From Octopus sinensis (Eukaryota), in NCBI RefSeq assembly GCF_006345805.1, contig NC_042999.1, positions 38,440,001 to 38,504,000 on the forward strand: 64,000 nucleotides of DNA. The letters are read 5' to 3'. Below the pieces are notes generated by a model. That model made no database searches. It saw nothing but the letters and a program-made list of their open reading frames with translations, and had not been told where the DNA came from. Both the position numbers and the translations under genes were made by a program. Shown here piece after piece: positions 37,245-50,400 of this stretch (position 1 is its first letter; each line of letters begins with the position of its first letter).

Positions 37245-39250
37245 AGATAAACTTAGATAAACTTAGATATGTTTCGACCAGAGATTGGTCCAGGCCATGT
37301 CTAACTTAATAGCACCACCTGATAGGATTATTCGAATCCTGTTTAAGTCAAGTTTTGTTCAAGTAGTGAGTTCTTGTTGGGTGAGTTGTATCCAATTATG
37401 GGTGGCTTATCTGGTATTCTTTGAAGGAATCAATCCAGACTCTGTTTAAAGTTGATGGGATCCTTTTCCTCTTTGATCTCCCTCGGGACAATGTTAAATA
37501 GGACAGGGCCTGTTGAGGAAAAGAAATTATGTTGCAGTGTACATGTATGTTGTGATCTTGAATTTGGCAGGGGACGTATAGCCCGTGGTCCAAGTCTTGG
37601 ATGGACCTTGAAGCTAATGTTTAGGTCGTTTGGGCAAAGTTGGCGGTATATTTTCCACATCGTACAAATGATGTACCGCTCACGGCGACGCTGGTGGGAG
37701 TAAAGTTTCAAGGCTTTAAGGCGATCCCAATAATCGAGAGCAGCCATGCCTTCAATTTGTTTAGTGAGAGCCCTCTGGGGTGACTCGATTCTGGAGATGT
37801 TTTGTCTTGTGTGAGGAGACCACAGTGGGCAGCAGTATTCAAGGTGTGGCCGTACAAAGGAGGAAAAAAGTGGTATGATGACACCTTGTTCTCTGGACCG
37901 GAAAGTTCTTAAGATCCAGGAACTCATCCTACGAGCTATATCAACCTTCTTGTTGATGTGTGCACTCCAACTGAGATCCTCATCAACAATTACACCCAGG
38001 TCTCTGATATTGCTAGAGGCTGTGAGCGGTTCCCCTAAAGGAAGAGAGTATGGTTGTTTTAGTGAGGAATTTCTTCCAAAATGCATCAGCTCAAATTTTC
38101 CCTCATTCAGTTGCATTTTGTTTCTGTCTGCCCATTGACTCACAGCATATAGATCAGACTGGAGTTGAGTTCGGTCTGCTTCTATATTGACGATTTGCTG
38201 GAGCTTAGTGTCATCAGCGAATATTTTCACTTTGCAGTGATGTACGACACTGGAAAGGTCGTTAACGTAAATTATGAAGAGTAGGGGACCCAAAACAGTT
38301 CCCTGGGGAACACCGCTGGTGACTTTTGCTGGGTTTGAGTGGACTCCATCAACTACAACATGTTGTGTTCTATTCGCCAGGAAATACTTAATCCAGTGTA
38401 GAACTTTTCCACGGATTCCAACATTTGCCAATTTCGAGAGTAGGATGTTATGGTCTACCCTGTCGAACGCTTTATATGCGTCAAGATATATGACGTCAGA
38501 GTTCGAACCTGTTCCCAAGGCTTTGAGTACATCTTCAATGTGGTGTAAGAGCTGTGTTAGACAGTCCCTGCCACAGCGAAAGCCATGCTGATTTGAATTT
38601 AGGAGGTTGTGGGTCTCCAGGAAGTCAGCTATCCTTGATCTTAACACTCTTTCAAACACTTTGATGATGTGGGAGGTGAGTGAGATTGGGCGATAGTTGA
38701 CTGCGAGGGATCTGTTTCCCTGTTTGAAAACCGGGATGACCGACTGGGATAGAAACTGTTTCGGTATATAACCTGCGTCTAACGAGTTTCCCCAGAGGTT
38801 GGTCAGAGGGACTGCAAGTTAATATCTACATTCCTTCAGGAGACTAGCGGGAAATCTATCAGGGCCTACAGCAGAGTAATGTTTGACCTCATTTATTGCT
38901 GCTACGATGTCGGTGGCAGTGAAGGTTATGTCTGCGATTTTGTGTTGGGAGTCAACTTCGTTCGTTTCCCTCACGTCAGTATCAGTGGGAACACTGAAGA
39001 CAGAGCAGTATTGTTTCTGCAGTATTTCTGCCATTTCTTTAGCATCATGTTGGGGAATGCCGTTATCATCAATCAATGGCCCAATGGGTGAGACAGTGGT
39101 TCTATGCTTATTTGCATAAGAATAGAACACTTTTGGGTTCTGTTTGATGTTTTTGTTTACCCATTGTTCCTCCACAGCTCTTTGATTTTCAATGGAGGTT
39201 TTCATGTTAGTCTGCAGATGAAGTTTTTCCAGCTCTAGTCTTTTCATTGT
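37245..39250 (-). mobile_element. CR1-like LINE, 5'-truncated, ~2 kb
   Basis: RT ORF2 remnant; 3' stem-loop GACCA(AUCUC)UGGUC then (ATCTAAGTTT)2 tail. Confidence 0.9.
37430..39247 (-). pseudogene. CR1-type reverse transcriptase frame with a single in-frame stop at 38819-38821
   Basis: The two track ORFs are in the same frame: NYRPISLTS, YLDAYKAFDRV, GVPQGTVLGP, FADDTKL, RPHLEYC. Confidence 0.9.
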
Positions 39251-39265
39251 TGATGATTATATATA

Positions 39266-39297
<32 letters not shown>

Positions 39298-39427
39298 TCA
39301 ATGTGGTGTTGAGCACTCATTCTCACTAGAATCGTCGTGCTTGTAGCAAAAAGAAAAATCCTTATCTTGATTAATATTCATAAAACCTAATTTATAACTA
39401 ACTATATATAAGATATATAACTATATA

Positions 39428-39505
<78 letters not shown>

Positions 39506-39508
<3 letters not shown>

Positions 39509-39918
39509 GTAGGAGTGGCTGTGTGGTAAATAGCTTGCTTACGAACCACAAGATTCCGGGTTCAGTTCCACTGCGTGGCACCTAGGGCAAGTGTCTTCTA
39601 CTATAGTCTCGCGCCGTCCACAGCTTTGTGAGTGGATTTGGTAGACGAAAATTGAAAGAAGCCAGTCGTATATATGTATATATAATTATATGTATGTGTG
39701 TGTATATGTTTGAGTGTTTGTGTTTGTCCCCCCAACATTGCTTGACAACCGATACTGGTGTGTTTACGTCCCCGTAACTTAGCGGTTCGGCAAAAGAGAG
39801 TGATAAAATAAGTACTAGGCTTACAAACCTTAAGTCCTGGGGTCGATTTGCTCGACTAAAGGCGTTGCTTCAGCATGGCCACAGTCAAATGACTGAAACA
39901 AGTGAAAGAGTAAAAGAG
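39506..39918 (+). mobile_element. SINE with internal microsatellite (ggcgtaggag family)
   Basis: Full head and tail, homologous to 27321-27782. Confidence 0.88.
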
Positions 39919-39953
39919 TATACATACATATATATATATATATATTAATATAT

Positions 39954-39985
<32 letters not shown>

Positions 39986-40017
39986 ATATATATATATACA
40001 TACACATATACATATAC

Positions 40018-40050
<33 letters not shown>

Positions 40051-40180
40051 ATATATATATACAAAAAGCAATAAAGATTCAAGTTAATTTAAATGAATTT
40101 ACTTGAATATGGTACCTAACTTAGATGCACCAAAAAAAACTATACTGTTTTAACAATACAGTAATGTGGGGTGATTATAA

Positions 40181-40603
40181 GCGAGAAAGAAGCAACAAGA
40201 ATGGATAGGTTTTTAGTACTCATGAAGTAATGTAGATAATTAAGTAACATAAACAGATTTCCAAAGTTCATTAAAGTTCTTTAAAGATGATGTACAGTCT
40301 TATCACAGAATTTTAAAATTCTGTGATGCTATTAAAACTTTTTTAAAATTCTGTGATAAGACTGTACATCATCTTTAAAGAACTTTAATGAACTTTGGAA
40401 ATCTGTTTATGTTACTTAATTATCTACATTACTTCATGAGTATAGCCTCAACCACTAGGATGTCTAGAGAACTCACATGTATTTTAGCTGATGAGTACGG
40501 GACACGTTTATATGCTGTAATTTTTGCAACTTTTAATAAAGCCTGTCCTTGTATGAAACGATTGTACTAAAAACCTATCCATTCTTGTTGCTTTTTTCTC
40601 GCG
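40181..40603 (+). mobile_element. HHR-bearing fold-back element
   Basis: Left arm 40181-40318 is the reverse complement of 40341-40442 joined to 40567-40602. Confidence 0.8.
40482..40572 (+). ncRNA. Type-I hammerhead, canonical core, long stem II
   Basis: UUUUAG-CUGAUGA-GUACGGGACA..UGUCCUUGUAU-GAAA-C(GAUU)G-UA-CUAAAA; predicted cleavage after A40566. Confidence 0.8.
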
Positions 40604-41419
40604 TATATATATATATATATATATATATTTACATATACGCTCACGCACGCACATTATGCATATACATTCTTATGTGTGCGTGTCTGTGTGCATTGTAGCA
40701 GGGTGCCTTGCTCATCAAGCATTAAGGACCATTGTATCAAATGAGGATGCATTGTTCCTTCCCTCCCATCAATCATGCTGGTTTTCTAAAGGATCAGGGA
40801 CACGGTTGCTATCTATTGATTATACTAGAAAATACGTAAATCAGTGAAACTGTCATTGATGAAAACGCAATTATATTTTAGTGTATATTGCGATGAAATT
40901 CCTTCTTATAATACAGTATAATAGTGTTCTTGCTAGTACTTTACAGGTATATCTGAAAGAAACTTTTTAGGATTTTTGTAAATTTGTAATGATTCTTATG
41001 TATTAGTGCTTTTATTCGCAGATTTTCATCAAAAATATATTCTATTCCGTTATCTATTTATTTGACTGCATTATATCTCATAAAGGCTAGGTAATGCGTT
41101 GCGATTATTTATTTCAGTCGAAACTATCCTTTTAATCCTGTTACATCAAATATTTCGTCTTTTTACTCTGCTTTGCAATTCTTCTGAAATAAATTTCAGA
41201 TTGTCATTAACTCCTATCTTACTAAAAGCATAACAGATTGACTTCTTGGAACTGTTTAGATTTTTCAGTTGCTTTAATTGAGAGCGAACTGGAAATACTT
41301 ATATATTCTACCAACCATCTCAATTTCTCTACATTCTATACACGCATACACATACACCCAAGCATCCACACCACATACGCAAGAACACAGACACACACAC
41401 ACACACCACACACACACAC

Positions 41420-41479
<60 letters not shown>

Positions 41480-42179
41480 CATATATATATATATGTATGT
41501 ATATAATACATACACACACATACATACATATACACTCTCACACGCACACATATATGGAATTAAAGACATGCCTGGTGTTGAATTAATAGATACAGCAGCA
41601 GTAAACTCGATACTAAAGCCCAATTATGTAACCGATACTGTGATGTTCGTCTCATTTTACTCTTGTTTCTCCATTTAGTCATCACTTATTCTATTCCTCA
41701 CATAAACATGACGTAACCTGAATATTATATGAAATATGCAGGAACTATAATGGAAACCATTATTCGGGTTTAGTAGCGTCCAGTCATTTGTAATGCTGTT
41801 CGTCCTTCAGAGACTTTTAAACCCATGCTGATTGAATTTGCTAGTTTTATGACAAGATTAATATGCATGCTTACTGGGAAATTTCACTGCCGCTGTGTAA
41901 TTATCAAGCACAGTAGTCTTTGATTTTAGTGTTCCGTCTTCTTTGTCATCTCGAAACTTCAAAGTATTTAGAAAACTAGACAATCCTTTTGCGTCTAATA
42001 ATTTGCAGAAGCAATATCCAACCTTTTAAAAATTTTACAATATTGGCGATGGCTGGCTTTTAAGTGATAAGTGATATACATAGACGCATGTACATACACA
42101 CATACCTAAATCCATTCATCTACATACGCCATGCCTATGTTAGTATGTGTACGTGTGTGCATATCTATATCTATATCTA

Positions 42180-42243
<64 letters not shown>

Positions 42244-42244
42244 A

Positions 42245-42291
<47 letters not shown>

Positions 42292-42449
42292 GGCGCAGGT
42301 GTGTCTGTGTGCTATGAAGCTTGCGTCCAAACCATATTGTTCCCGGTTCAGTCCCACTGCGTAGCATCTTGTGCAAGTACGTTTTACTCTAGCTTCGAGT
42401 CGACCAAAGCCTTGTGAGTGGACTTGGTAGATGGAAACTTAAAGAATCG

Positions 42450-42450
<1 letters not shown>
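42292..42450 (+). mobile_element. 5' half of an old ggcgtaggag-family SINE
   Basis: ggcgcaggtgtgtctgtgtg..cccggttcagtccc..ccttgtgagtgga; a 3' part occurs at ~43265-43425. Confidence 0.65.
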
Positions 42451-42511
<61 letters not shown>

Positions 42512-42518
<7 letters not shown>

Positions 42519-43234
42519 AAAATTATAAATGAGGGTGAAAAATCGATATTAATTTAATAATACCATTAATTTAACACCAAGTGGCATAGCACAAAAAACT
42601 ACGGAGAAAATACAAATTTATACATAAATTATTAGAGAGTTATCCACTATGTGGATAACTCTAGTGCTAAAAATAGCTCCGAAGCAACCACAGAAGATCT
42701 GTTTCCAACTAGAATCAACATACATTTAACGTAAGGAAAGTGAAATACAACGAATAAAATAGATTGACTCTATACAATTGTTTCATTACTAATGTCTAGG
42801 CATGCTTTTGGCGCGGAATTTGAGACATAACTAAAAATGTAATTGGTTGGACCGCTCGTGTTTTTGACGCTCGAATCGATCTAATTAATTGCATTTCTGA
42901 CAAACTCTACCGAAGATTTATAGATGTAAGTGTAAGTAAAACTACATATTACATTAGTAATGAAACAATTGTATAGAGTCAATCTATTTTATTCGTTGTA
43001 TTTCACTTTCCTTACGTTAAATGTATGTTGATTCTAGTTGGAAACAGATCTTCTGTGGTTGCTTCGGAGCTATTTTTAGCACTAGAGTTATCCACATAGT
43101 GGATAACTCTCTAATAATTTATGTATAAATTTGTATTTTCTCCGTAGTTTTTTGTGCTATGCCACTTGGTGTTAAATTAATGGTATTATTAAATTAATAT
43201 CGATTTTTCACCCTCATTTATAATTTTATATATA
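42512..43234 (+). mobile_element. Fold-back element with ~284-bp near-perfect arms, (TA)n-flanked
   Basis: 42512-42795 is the reverse complement of 42951-43234; 155-bp spacer. Confidence 0.88.
42904..42979 (+). ncRNA. Type-I hammerhead-like motif, C4 core variant
   Basis: ACUCUA-CCGAAGA-[AUGUAA/UUACAU stem, frayed base]-GAAA-C(AAUU)G-UA-UAGAGU. Confidence 0.55.
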
Positions 43235-43649
43235 TATATATATATAGATATATATATATATATATGTGTGTGTGCATATGTGTGTTTTTATCCCCCCACA
43301 GTACTGGACAACCGGCGTTGTTGAGTTTAGGTCCGTGTAACTTAGCAGTTCGGCAAAGGAGACCGACAGATTAAGTACTAAGCTTTAAAAAATATGTCCT
43401 GCGATCGATGTTGCATAACCGCGGTCTAATGACTGAAGCAGGGAAAAGAATAAAAGTATGCACACACACACACACACACACAAACATATATATAAATATA
43501 TGTTTGCGTGTGTGTGTGTGTGTGTGTGTAATTAGAAAATATGTCAACCCTACGAATGGATATTTGCATCCAAGGAAACACTGGTCCAATATCTAGTAAT
43601 TTCGGGGAATGAAATTCTCTTTACACAATAGGTATACATAAAGTATATA

Positions 43650-43990
43650 GTATATATCCATTTAAAAGAAGAAAAGATAAAGGAGGTTATGTACTTAGTA
43701 ATTGCTTAATATTAACAACAAATTGTTCTTACAGCCGTTTCAATTAATACTCAATAATTTAATTACATATTTGTGCATTAAATTTACATTTATGTGATGT
43801 GAGTTTAATTTCCTCTGATGAAATTATATCTATGTCACATAAATATAAATTTAATGTGAAAATTCGTAATTAATTTAGTGAGTATTAATTGAAACGGCTG
43901 TAAGAAGCGAATATGACCAATTTGTTTTTAATAATAAACAACTATGAACTTCCTAAATTCCATTCTCTTTTCCTCTTTTAAATGGGTATA
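43650..43990. repeat. Old, diverged fold-back
   Basis: cttacagccgtttcaattaatactc.. versus ..gagtattaattgaaacggctgtaag; outer arms more diverged. Confidence 0.7.
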
Positions 43991-44027
43991 TACATCTATA
44001 TATATATATATATATATATACATACAT

Positions 44028-44100
<73 letters not shown>

Positions 44101-44104
44101 TATA

Positions 44105-45929
44105 AATTAAAAAAGGAAAATGCGCACACTTACATAGTTTTAATATAATTTTTAATATATCGACCGGTTTCGCTATCGTTATTCATGATATTATGTTTTA
44201 CTTATTTGAATATTTATTTTTTTCTTAAGAAGAAATTTGGTCCATGTTGTGCGTGATGAAATTCACGAGTGAATGACTTCACCAGTAGATCAATAAAGAG
44301 AGGTTGTTATTATTGTTATTGTCATGGGTAAGGGAGATAACTGTTCAGCTTTCGGTAATGGGTGGGGATTATATATGTTTACAGAACAGAGACAGGTTTC
44401 AAAAACCTTGTTTAGTAGGGGATTTGTGTACAGTGATGTAATCGTGAATTGAAATATGTAAAAGTACAAAAGTTGGTTATGCGTGCATATTAAAAATTTA
44501 AAAATATATATATATATATGTTAATTCAAACAGGTTTTCGTCGCAATGCGACTTTTCAAGGATTGTAAGGTGAAAATAAAAAAATTTATAATTGAGGTGG
44601 GGAAAAAGCAAATTACATTGTTTTTTGCAAAAAAATAATAAACATATACAAAAATTAAAAAATAGGTACACCGATACATTGTAAAATCTTTGTGTATCTC
44701 GAGTTCAATGATAGTTCTTGAAAAAATACCTTGGAGGTTTGAGATCCATGTGATTAAATCCATGTGGTGTTTAATTTAGGATGTTTGTTAAATGAATGTC
44801 AAAACAGGAAATGGGGTAGAAGTTATCCAGTTCCTGTGAGTAAGGGGAGACAACTCTATGGGATTTATGCTCTTCAATTGGGGTTATCAATTTTTTGTAA
44901 GATAGGATGTTAATAAACCTTAAATTATAAAATTATCATTTTAGCTTCATTTGCATTATTTTTTTTATATAATTGTTTGCTAACTTAACATTCAGATTTT
45001 AAGACTTTATTTATATTTTTTTCTAATAATATAAATTTACATAAACCAATTTATAATTTCATTTCAGATTGTTATATCATATGTAATAAAAAAAAATAAT
45101 AATAGTAATAATAATAATGATAAATAAAGAATATAAGTTTTAGCTTGAAGTGATGACTGCATGATATCCTTATATATTTGTATTAGTCCATCCATGAAGA
45201 ATGAGGTAGAAAAAAGAAGTATGATCAACGTGGAGTTTGCATATTAAGAAGCATTTTGAATTTTTCAATAAAAATATTCTCCTTGTTAATTCTTTCTTGT
45301 GTGGTGATTCCGTCTTTACATTGGTAGAAGGGGAATATGTAAAATTTTGGATTTTTGTCTTTAGCGCATGAGTCTATGTGGCTACTTAGTGGAATTTGAC
45401 GGTATTCTGGGAGATTTATTTGTTCTTTATGGACCGCTACTCTTTTACGTAAAGGGAGGCTCGTTTGTCCAACATAATTATGTTGGCAACCGGCGCATGT
45501 GAGAACGTAGATAAGGTTCTCGGGGGAATAAGAGAAGTTGGTCTTGATTTTAAACTTATTTCCTTAAACTTATATTTCCTTAAACTTATATTCAGAGCCT
45601 TCAAGTAGGAAGGGGCAAGTTCCACAGTTTGGGCGTGCACATTTTTTAACTGATGGGGGTGGATGTCGTGTGTGAAGTTTGGCATTTGTCAAGAGTTTTT
45701 TCAAAGATTTATGTTGCCTTTTACATTTGAGGATTTTGATTGTATTGATAATGTTTTTAATTTTTGGGTCTGTTGACAGTAGAGTGAGGTTTTGTATGAT
45801 TGTGGTGTATGCTTCGATATTTTTAGGGTTGTGGGTGGAAATGTATGGAAGTATTTTGGGGTTGTGTGTGTTTTTGGGTTGGGTGGTTTTCAGTGTAATG
45901 TTGTCTAGTTCTTTGGCACGTTTTATTCC
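44105..45929 (-). mobile_element. Neptune-type PLE 3' portion (RT thumb/linker, Zn-finger, GIY-YIG, 3' repeat with HHR)
   Basis: LPYISTHNPKN..KCKRQHKSLKKLLT..KKCARPNCGTC..NLIYVLTCAGCQHNYVGQT..HKEQI; stop at 45225-45227; a 16-nt tandem duplication (45559-45590) introduces stops. Confidence 0.88.
44157..44191 (-). ncRNA. Minimal type-I hammerhead-like motif, A3:U8 variant
   Basis: AUAUC-AUGAAUA-AC(GAUA)GC-GAAA-CCGG-UC-GAUAU; 5-bp stem I, GUC triplet, but stem II is very weak. Confidence 0.5.
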
Positions 45930-45979
45930 ATACTCTATAAAGAAAATTCAGAAAATAGATAAAACTCGGAAAATAAAAT

Positions 45980-46033
<54 letters not shown>

Positions 46034-47109
46034 ATATATATATATATATATCCACGGTATAATAGTGAAGTCCTGCTAAAACTTATTGTAGTTTCAAATG
46101 GTGGGACGACGATAGTAATTTTGAGTGAGTGGGAAAGTCCATTGCACCCACCATCTCATTACTCACTAAAACTTATTTTACCGATATCTGAAGATTAGAG
46201 GCAAAGGCGATCCCGGCTGAATTAGAACTCTGAACTTAAAAAGCTAAAAGAAATATAGCGAAGCCATATTGCCGACGGGCTACACATTCTGTTAGCTATC
46301 TCCCTTGTTCATTCAAACATCCCATGCAATTACTAATCGTTTGACTGAATCCAATGCGTACGTTTTTTTTTTTAGTTTAAAACTAAATTATTATAGGTAA
46401 TACATATCATTATATTATCTAGTTTATTTCTCGTGCTAAATGATAGCCTCTGATTATAGACAGACAAAAATACTTTTCCAAAGGTCTTGATATGCGGTCA
46501 GTTGTGCTTGTCTAAGATGTGTTGTAAAATTAGAAAAAAAACAATGCTAAATAAATAAACACCAAACGGAAAATATATGAAACATTTCATATCAAACGGT
46601 TTGTTTTCGAACAGAAAATAAAATTTTCTTATGAGAACAAAGAATATTCTTCTTGAACTATATTTTATTAATTATATTCTCTTATGTTTTTAATCTTGCC
46701 ATTTCTATTGCGTTTATATGATTTTTTGAGAGAAATGTTTCTTCTTGCTTTTAAATTCATTAACATTTTGTTTTCTGTAACCAAGACGTGCATTATTTTT
46801 TTGATTTATTTCTTAATTTAATGAATTCTATGTTTTATTAATTTAGTTTAACAAGGTTTTGTACTATCTGTTTATTGTTTTTATCTCATTAATTTTTTTT
46901 ATTCTTTGATGTAAATGTAAAAAGTACCGTCGGTTGTATTATTGCTGCTGGAGCTACTACTGCTACGGGAACATTTACTACTTTTGCTGTTGCTACTAAC
47001 AAAAAATCACCACCACCACCACAACAACAACAACTACTACTACTACTACTACTACTAGTAGTAGTAGTAGTAGTAGCAGCAGCAGCAGTAAGTAGTAGTA
47101 GTAATAATG

Positions 47110-47531
47110 GCCTCACATATTGACACCAGGTTGACGGTTTTAGATGGAGTGGTATGTCTATTATATCGACAACTGTACTTAACTGGTACTTAATTGAATC
47201 TACATGAAAAAGGTAACGGGAAAATATAATATCGGTGGGATAAGCCGAAAGAAATGGCACCAAGTATACTGTCCGACGCGTTAACGATTCTGCCAGCACG
47301 CGGCAATAGTAATAATAATCCTTTCTACTAAAGGTAGAAGGTCTGATATTTTAGAGGAAGGGTGTTATCGAATGTATTGACCCCAGTGTTTAACTGGCAC
47401 TTCATTTATTAACTGCGAAAGGATGAAAGGCAAAGTCGACCTCAGCGGAATTTGAATTCGGAGCGTGAAAACGAACGAAATGTCGCTAATCCTTTTGTCC
47501 AGCGTGCTAAGAAATCTTCCAGCTCGCCGCT
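47110..47531 (-). mobile_element. Two adjacent old SINEs (gagctggcagaa family)
   Basis: Heads at ~47306 and ~47531; shared body tttgcctttcatcctttc. Confidence 0.65.
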
Positions 47532-47555
47532 TTTATAATAATAATAATAATAATG

Positions 47556-47624
<69 letters not shown>

Positions 47625-47625
<1 letters not shown>

Positions 47626-48590
47626 AGGGGACAATGCAGTAGACGTGGACAGTGGGGTTTTGACATAAAACAACGAGTACATAGTTAAAACAATATCAAT
47701 AATATCAAACAAGAAATACATCAATGAAAGTTTCCTAATACGGGGGTATAACCATCGGGGTTGACTCAGGTACCCCACCAATCCTGAACTACTCGCAGTT
47801 TCTAGAGCACCCGGGAAGGGTACCCTTCTCCTTCTCAAATTCAGTAGCCTACAGCCGCATTATTAGCGTAGGTCTGCTCACACAGGACACTTTCGCTACA
47901 TTTACCCACCTTTCAGCGAATTTCCTAGGTGGTCAGCACTTCTCTCTCCAAAGTTGAAGAGGGATTGACCGAAGAGAAAGGTATTTCTCTGCAGTCCTTT
48001 CAATCTGGTCCACCATACAACCTCTTTCCCTACTTCTATCAGAGAGAGGAAAATGTCCTGTCCTTTCTGACCAATGGAAAGCGGCAGGTAATCTTCACTA
48101 TGGACTCGATCGATAGTCAGATCTGTCTTACACGCGATAACAGCTGGTCAACATAACTCCAAAAGTCAGTAATGCACAGACACTGGATGAGCACGTGCAC
48201 AACGGTTTCATCGCTCTGTGCGCAACTGGGGCAGGCCCATCGGACAGCTCTTCCGTGGCTGTAGAGTTTTTCACAAAACGGCAGTACCCCCTCCATTTAG
48301 TAGCACTGCCAAGCCAGGGATTTCTGGAAGTTATCCACCGTCACAAGTTCGAAAGTCCTCCGGAAAAGACTGGTCAGTTCAACTTCATCTACGACTAACA
48401 CCTCTCCAAATGCCTCATCGCTCTTTCCCTCCACTAACCCTCTATAGAACTGGCGAGTGGACGTTCCACTGATCGCATTGCCCGCCTGGTAGAGGAAAGT
48501 AAGCGAAGTCTTCTAAGTTAAAAGCACCGAAATGGTGCCCTATTTTCTACCCCTCGCAATGTACTCGGTGATCCCTGATACATCCCAGCG
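47625..48590 (-). mobile_element. L1/Tx1-clade LINE 3' fragment
   Basis: FYRGLVEG..DNFQKSLAWQCY..KLYSHG..ACPSCAQSDETVVHVLIQC (C-terminal CCHC-type motif)..KEVVWWTRLKGL. Confidence 0.8.
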
Positions 48591-49528
48591 TAGCTTCAAT
48601 GCTGCTTGTAATATTATTGCTGGTTTCTTTGTCTTTGTTGAGATGCATCTGAAATGAACCGGTTTTTTTCTCCACTGCTTCAATTCCCTCTTTTGGCCCA
48701 GGTTTGTTCATGTTTGATGGGGTTCCAGGCTTCTACCAACTTTTCATTTTTGTTTGTGAGGTATATGCTGTAACGTGGTCTCTTGTTCGATGCTGCTGCT
48801 GCGAACGTTGTTGATAATATTGGCGGGATTTGTATCCACTTGTTTTGAAGTCACCATCAATGCTATCACTGCCGCCTCCAATTTCTTCTCCATCGCTGCT
48901 ATTGTTGGTTCTACTGCCGCCGTCTGCTATCACTACGACTGTTGCGTGTATTGTTCCCGTTTTAGTTACTGCTACCACATGTCGTAGCATAGCAGTCTTT
49001 CCTGTCTCCCCCTCCACCATCACTACTGCTTCTGCTACCTTTCGACACCCCTGTCACTGCTGCTGTTTTTATTATAACTAATTTCATAAGCTTTGGGAGC
49101 TTTCAAAATGCTTAGTCTGCTACTGTTATTGTTTTTGTTGTTGTTGCTGTTGTAGCTGGGAGTGAATAATATGAGGTGGGGAGCGTTGATCTTTGGGAGA
49201 GCTAGTGGCAGGGTTGGCATCCCCCCCTTAACACTTCCATGGTTCCTGATGCCGATGCGAATGGTGATGACAACGACGCCAACTTGTGTGTTTCCGTTTT
49301 TCTTCACACCGGGCAATGGATATTTAAAATGAATGAATACATAAATACTGCCCCTTACAGGACAGAAATGACCACCGAGAGCCTATCAACAGGGTCTTAG
49401 TGATTTTATTGTCAGTTTGTAAGAAAAAATAATCGCGTATATTTGTACAGACAGGGTGAAAACACAGTTCAAAACAACTTACAAAGCGTGTTCGAAAGAA
49501 CGACTGACGTATGCTGCAGTGGCTACTA

Positions 49529-49561
<33 letters not shown>

Positions 49562-49681
49562 GTGCTCCCCCTCCTCCTCCTCCTCCTACTACTACTACTA
49601 CTACTACTAATAATAATAATAATAGTGGCAGCAATTTCATGGGAGGGATGACAATAATCCTTTAATTTGGGGGTGGGGGAT

Positions 49682-50400
49682 AGTCGATTACATCGACTCC
49701 GGTGTTCAATTGGTACTTATTTAATTGACCCCGAAAGGATGAAAGGCAAAGTCGACTTCGGCGGAATTTGAACTAAGATCGGAGTGACGGACGAAATACC
49801 TATTTCTTTACTACCCACAAGGGGCTAAACACAGAGAGGACAAACAAGGACAGACAAACGGATTAAGTCGATTACATCGACTCTGGTGTTCAATTGTTAC
49901 TTATTTAATTGACCCCGAAAAGGATGAAAGGCAAAGTCGACCTCGGCGGAATTTGAACTAAGATCGGAGCGACGGGCGAACTACCTATTTCTTTACTACC
50001 CACAAGGGGCTAAACACAGAGAGAACAAACAAGGACAGACGAACGGAATAAGTCGATTACATCGACTCTGGTGTTCAATTGGTACATATTTAATTGACCC
50101 TGAAAGGATGAAAGGCGAAGTCGACCTCGGCGGAATTTGAACTATGATCAGAGCGACGGGCGAACTACTTATTTCTTTACTACCCACAAGGGGCTAAACA
50201 CAGAGAGGACAAACAAGGATAGACAAACGGATTAAGTCGATTATATCGACCCCAGTGCGTAACTGGTACTTATTTAATCGACCCCGAAAGGATGAAAGGC
50301 AAAGTCGACCTCGGCGGAATTTTAACTCAGAACGTAGCGGCAGACGAACTACCGCTAAGAATTTTGCCCGGTATGCTAACATTTCTGCCAGCTCGCCGCC
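49682..50400 (-). repeat. Tandem array of ~4 SINE-derived units, period 184-185 bp
   Basis: agtcgatta(c/t)atcgac at 49682, 49866, 50051 and 50235; the last unit is a complete SINE. Confidence 0.9.

Noticed and set aside
37271-37290. Hairpin followed by GAAAC at the CR1 3' end
   Set aside because: No CUGANGA-type core upstream; better explained as the LINE 3' recognition stem-loop
48733-49316. Low-complexity ORFs on both strands
   Set aside because: Decayed trinucleotide-rich sequence with stops between frames and no splice support
49682-50400. Regularly spaced repeats resembling a CRISPR array (also 60179-60511)
   Set aside because: Units are whole SINE segments or promoter modules without unique spacers; eukaryotic context and no cas genes
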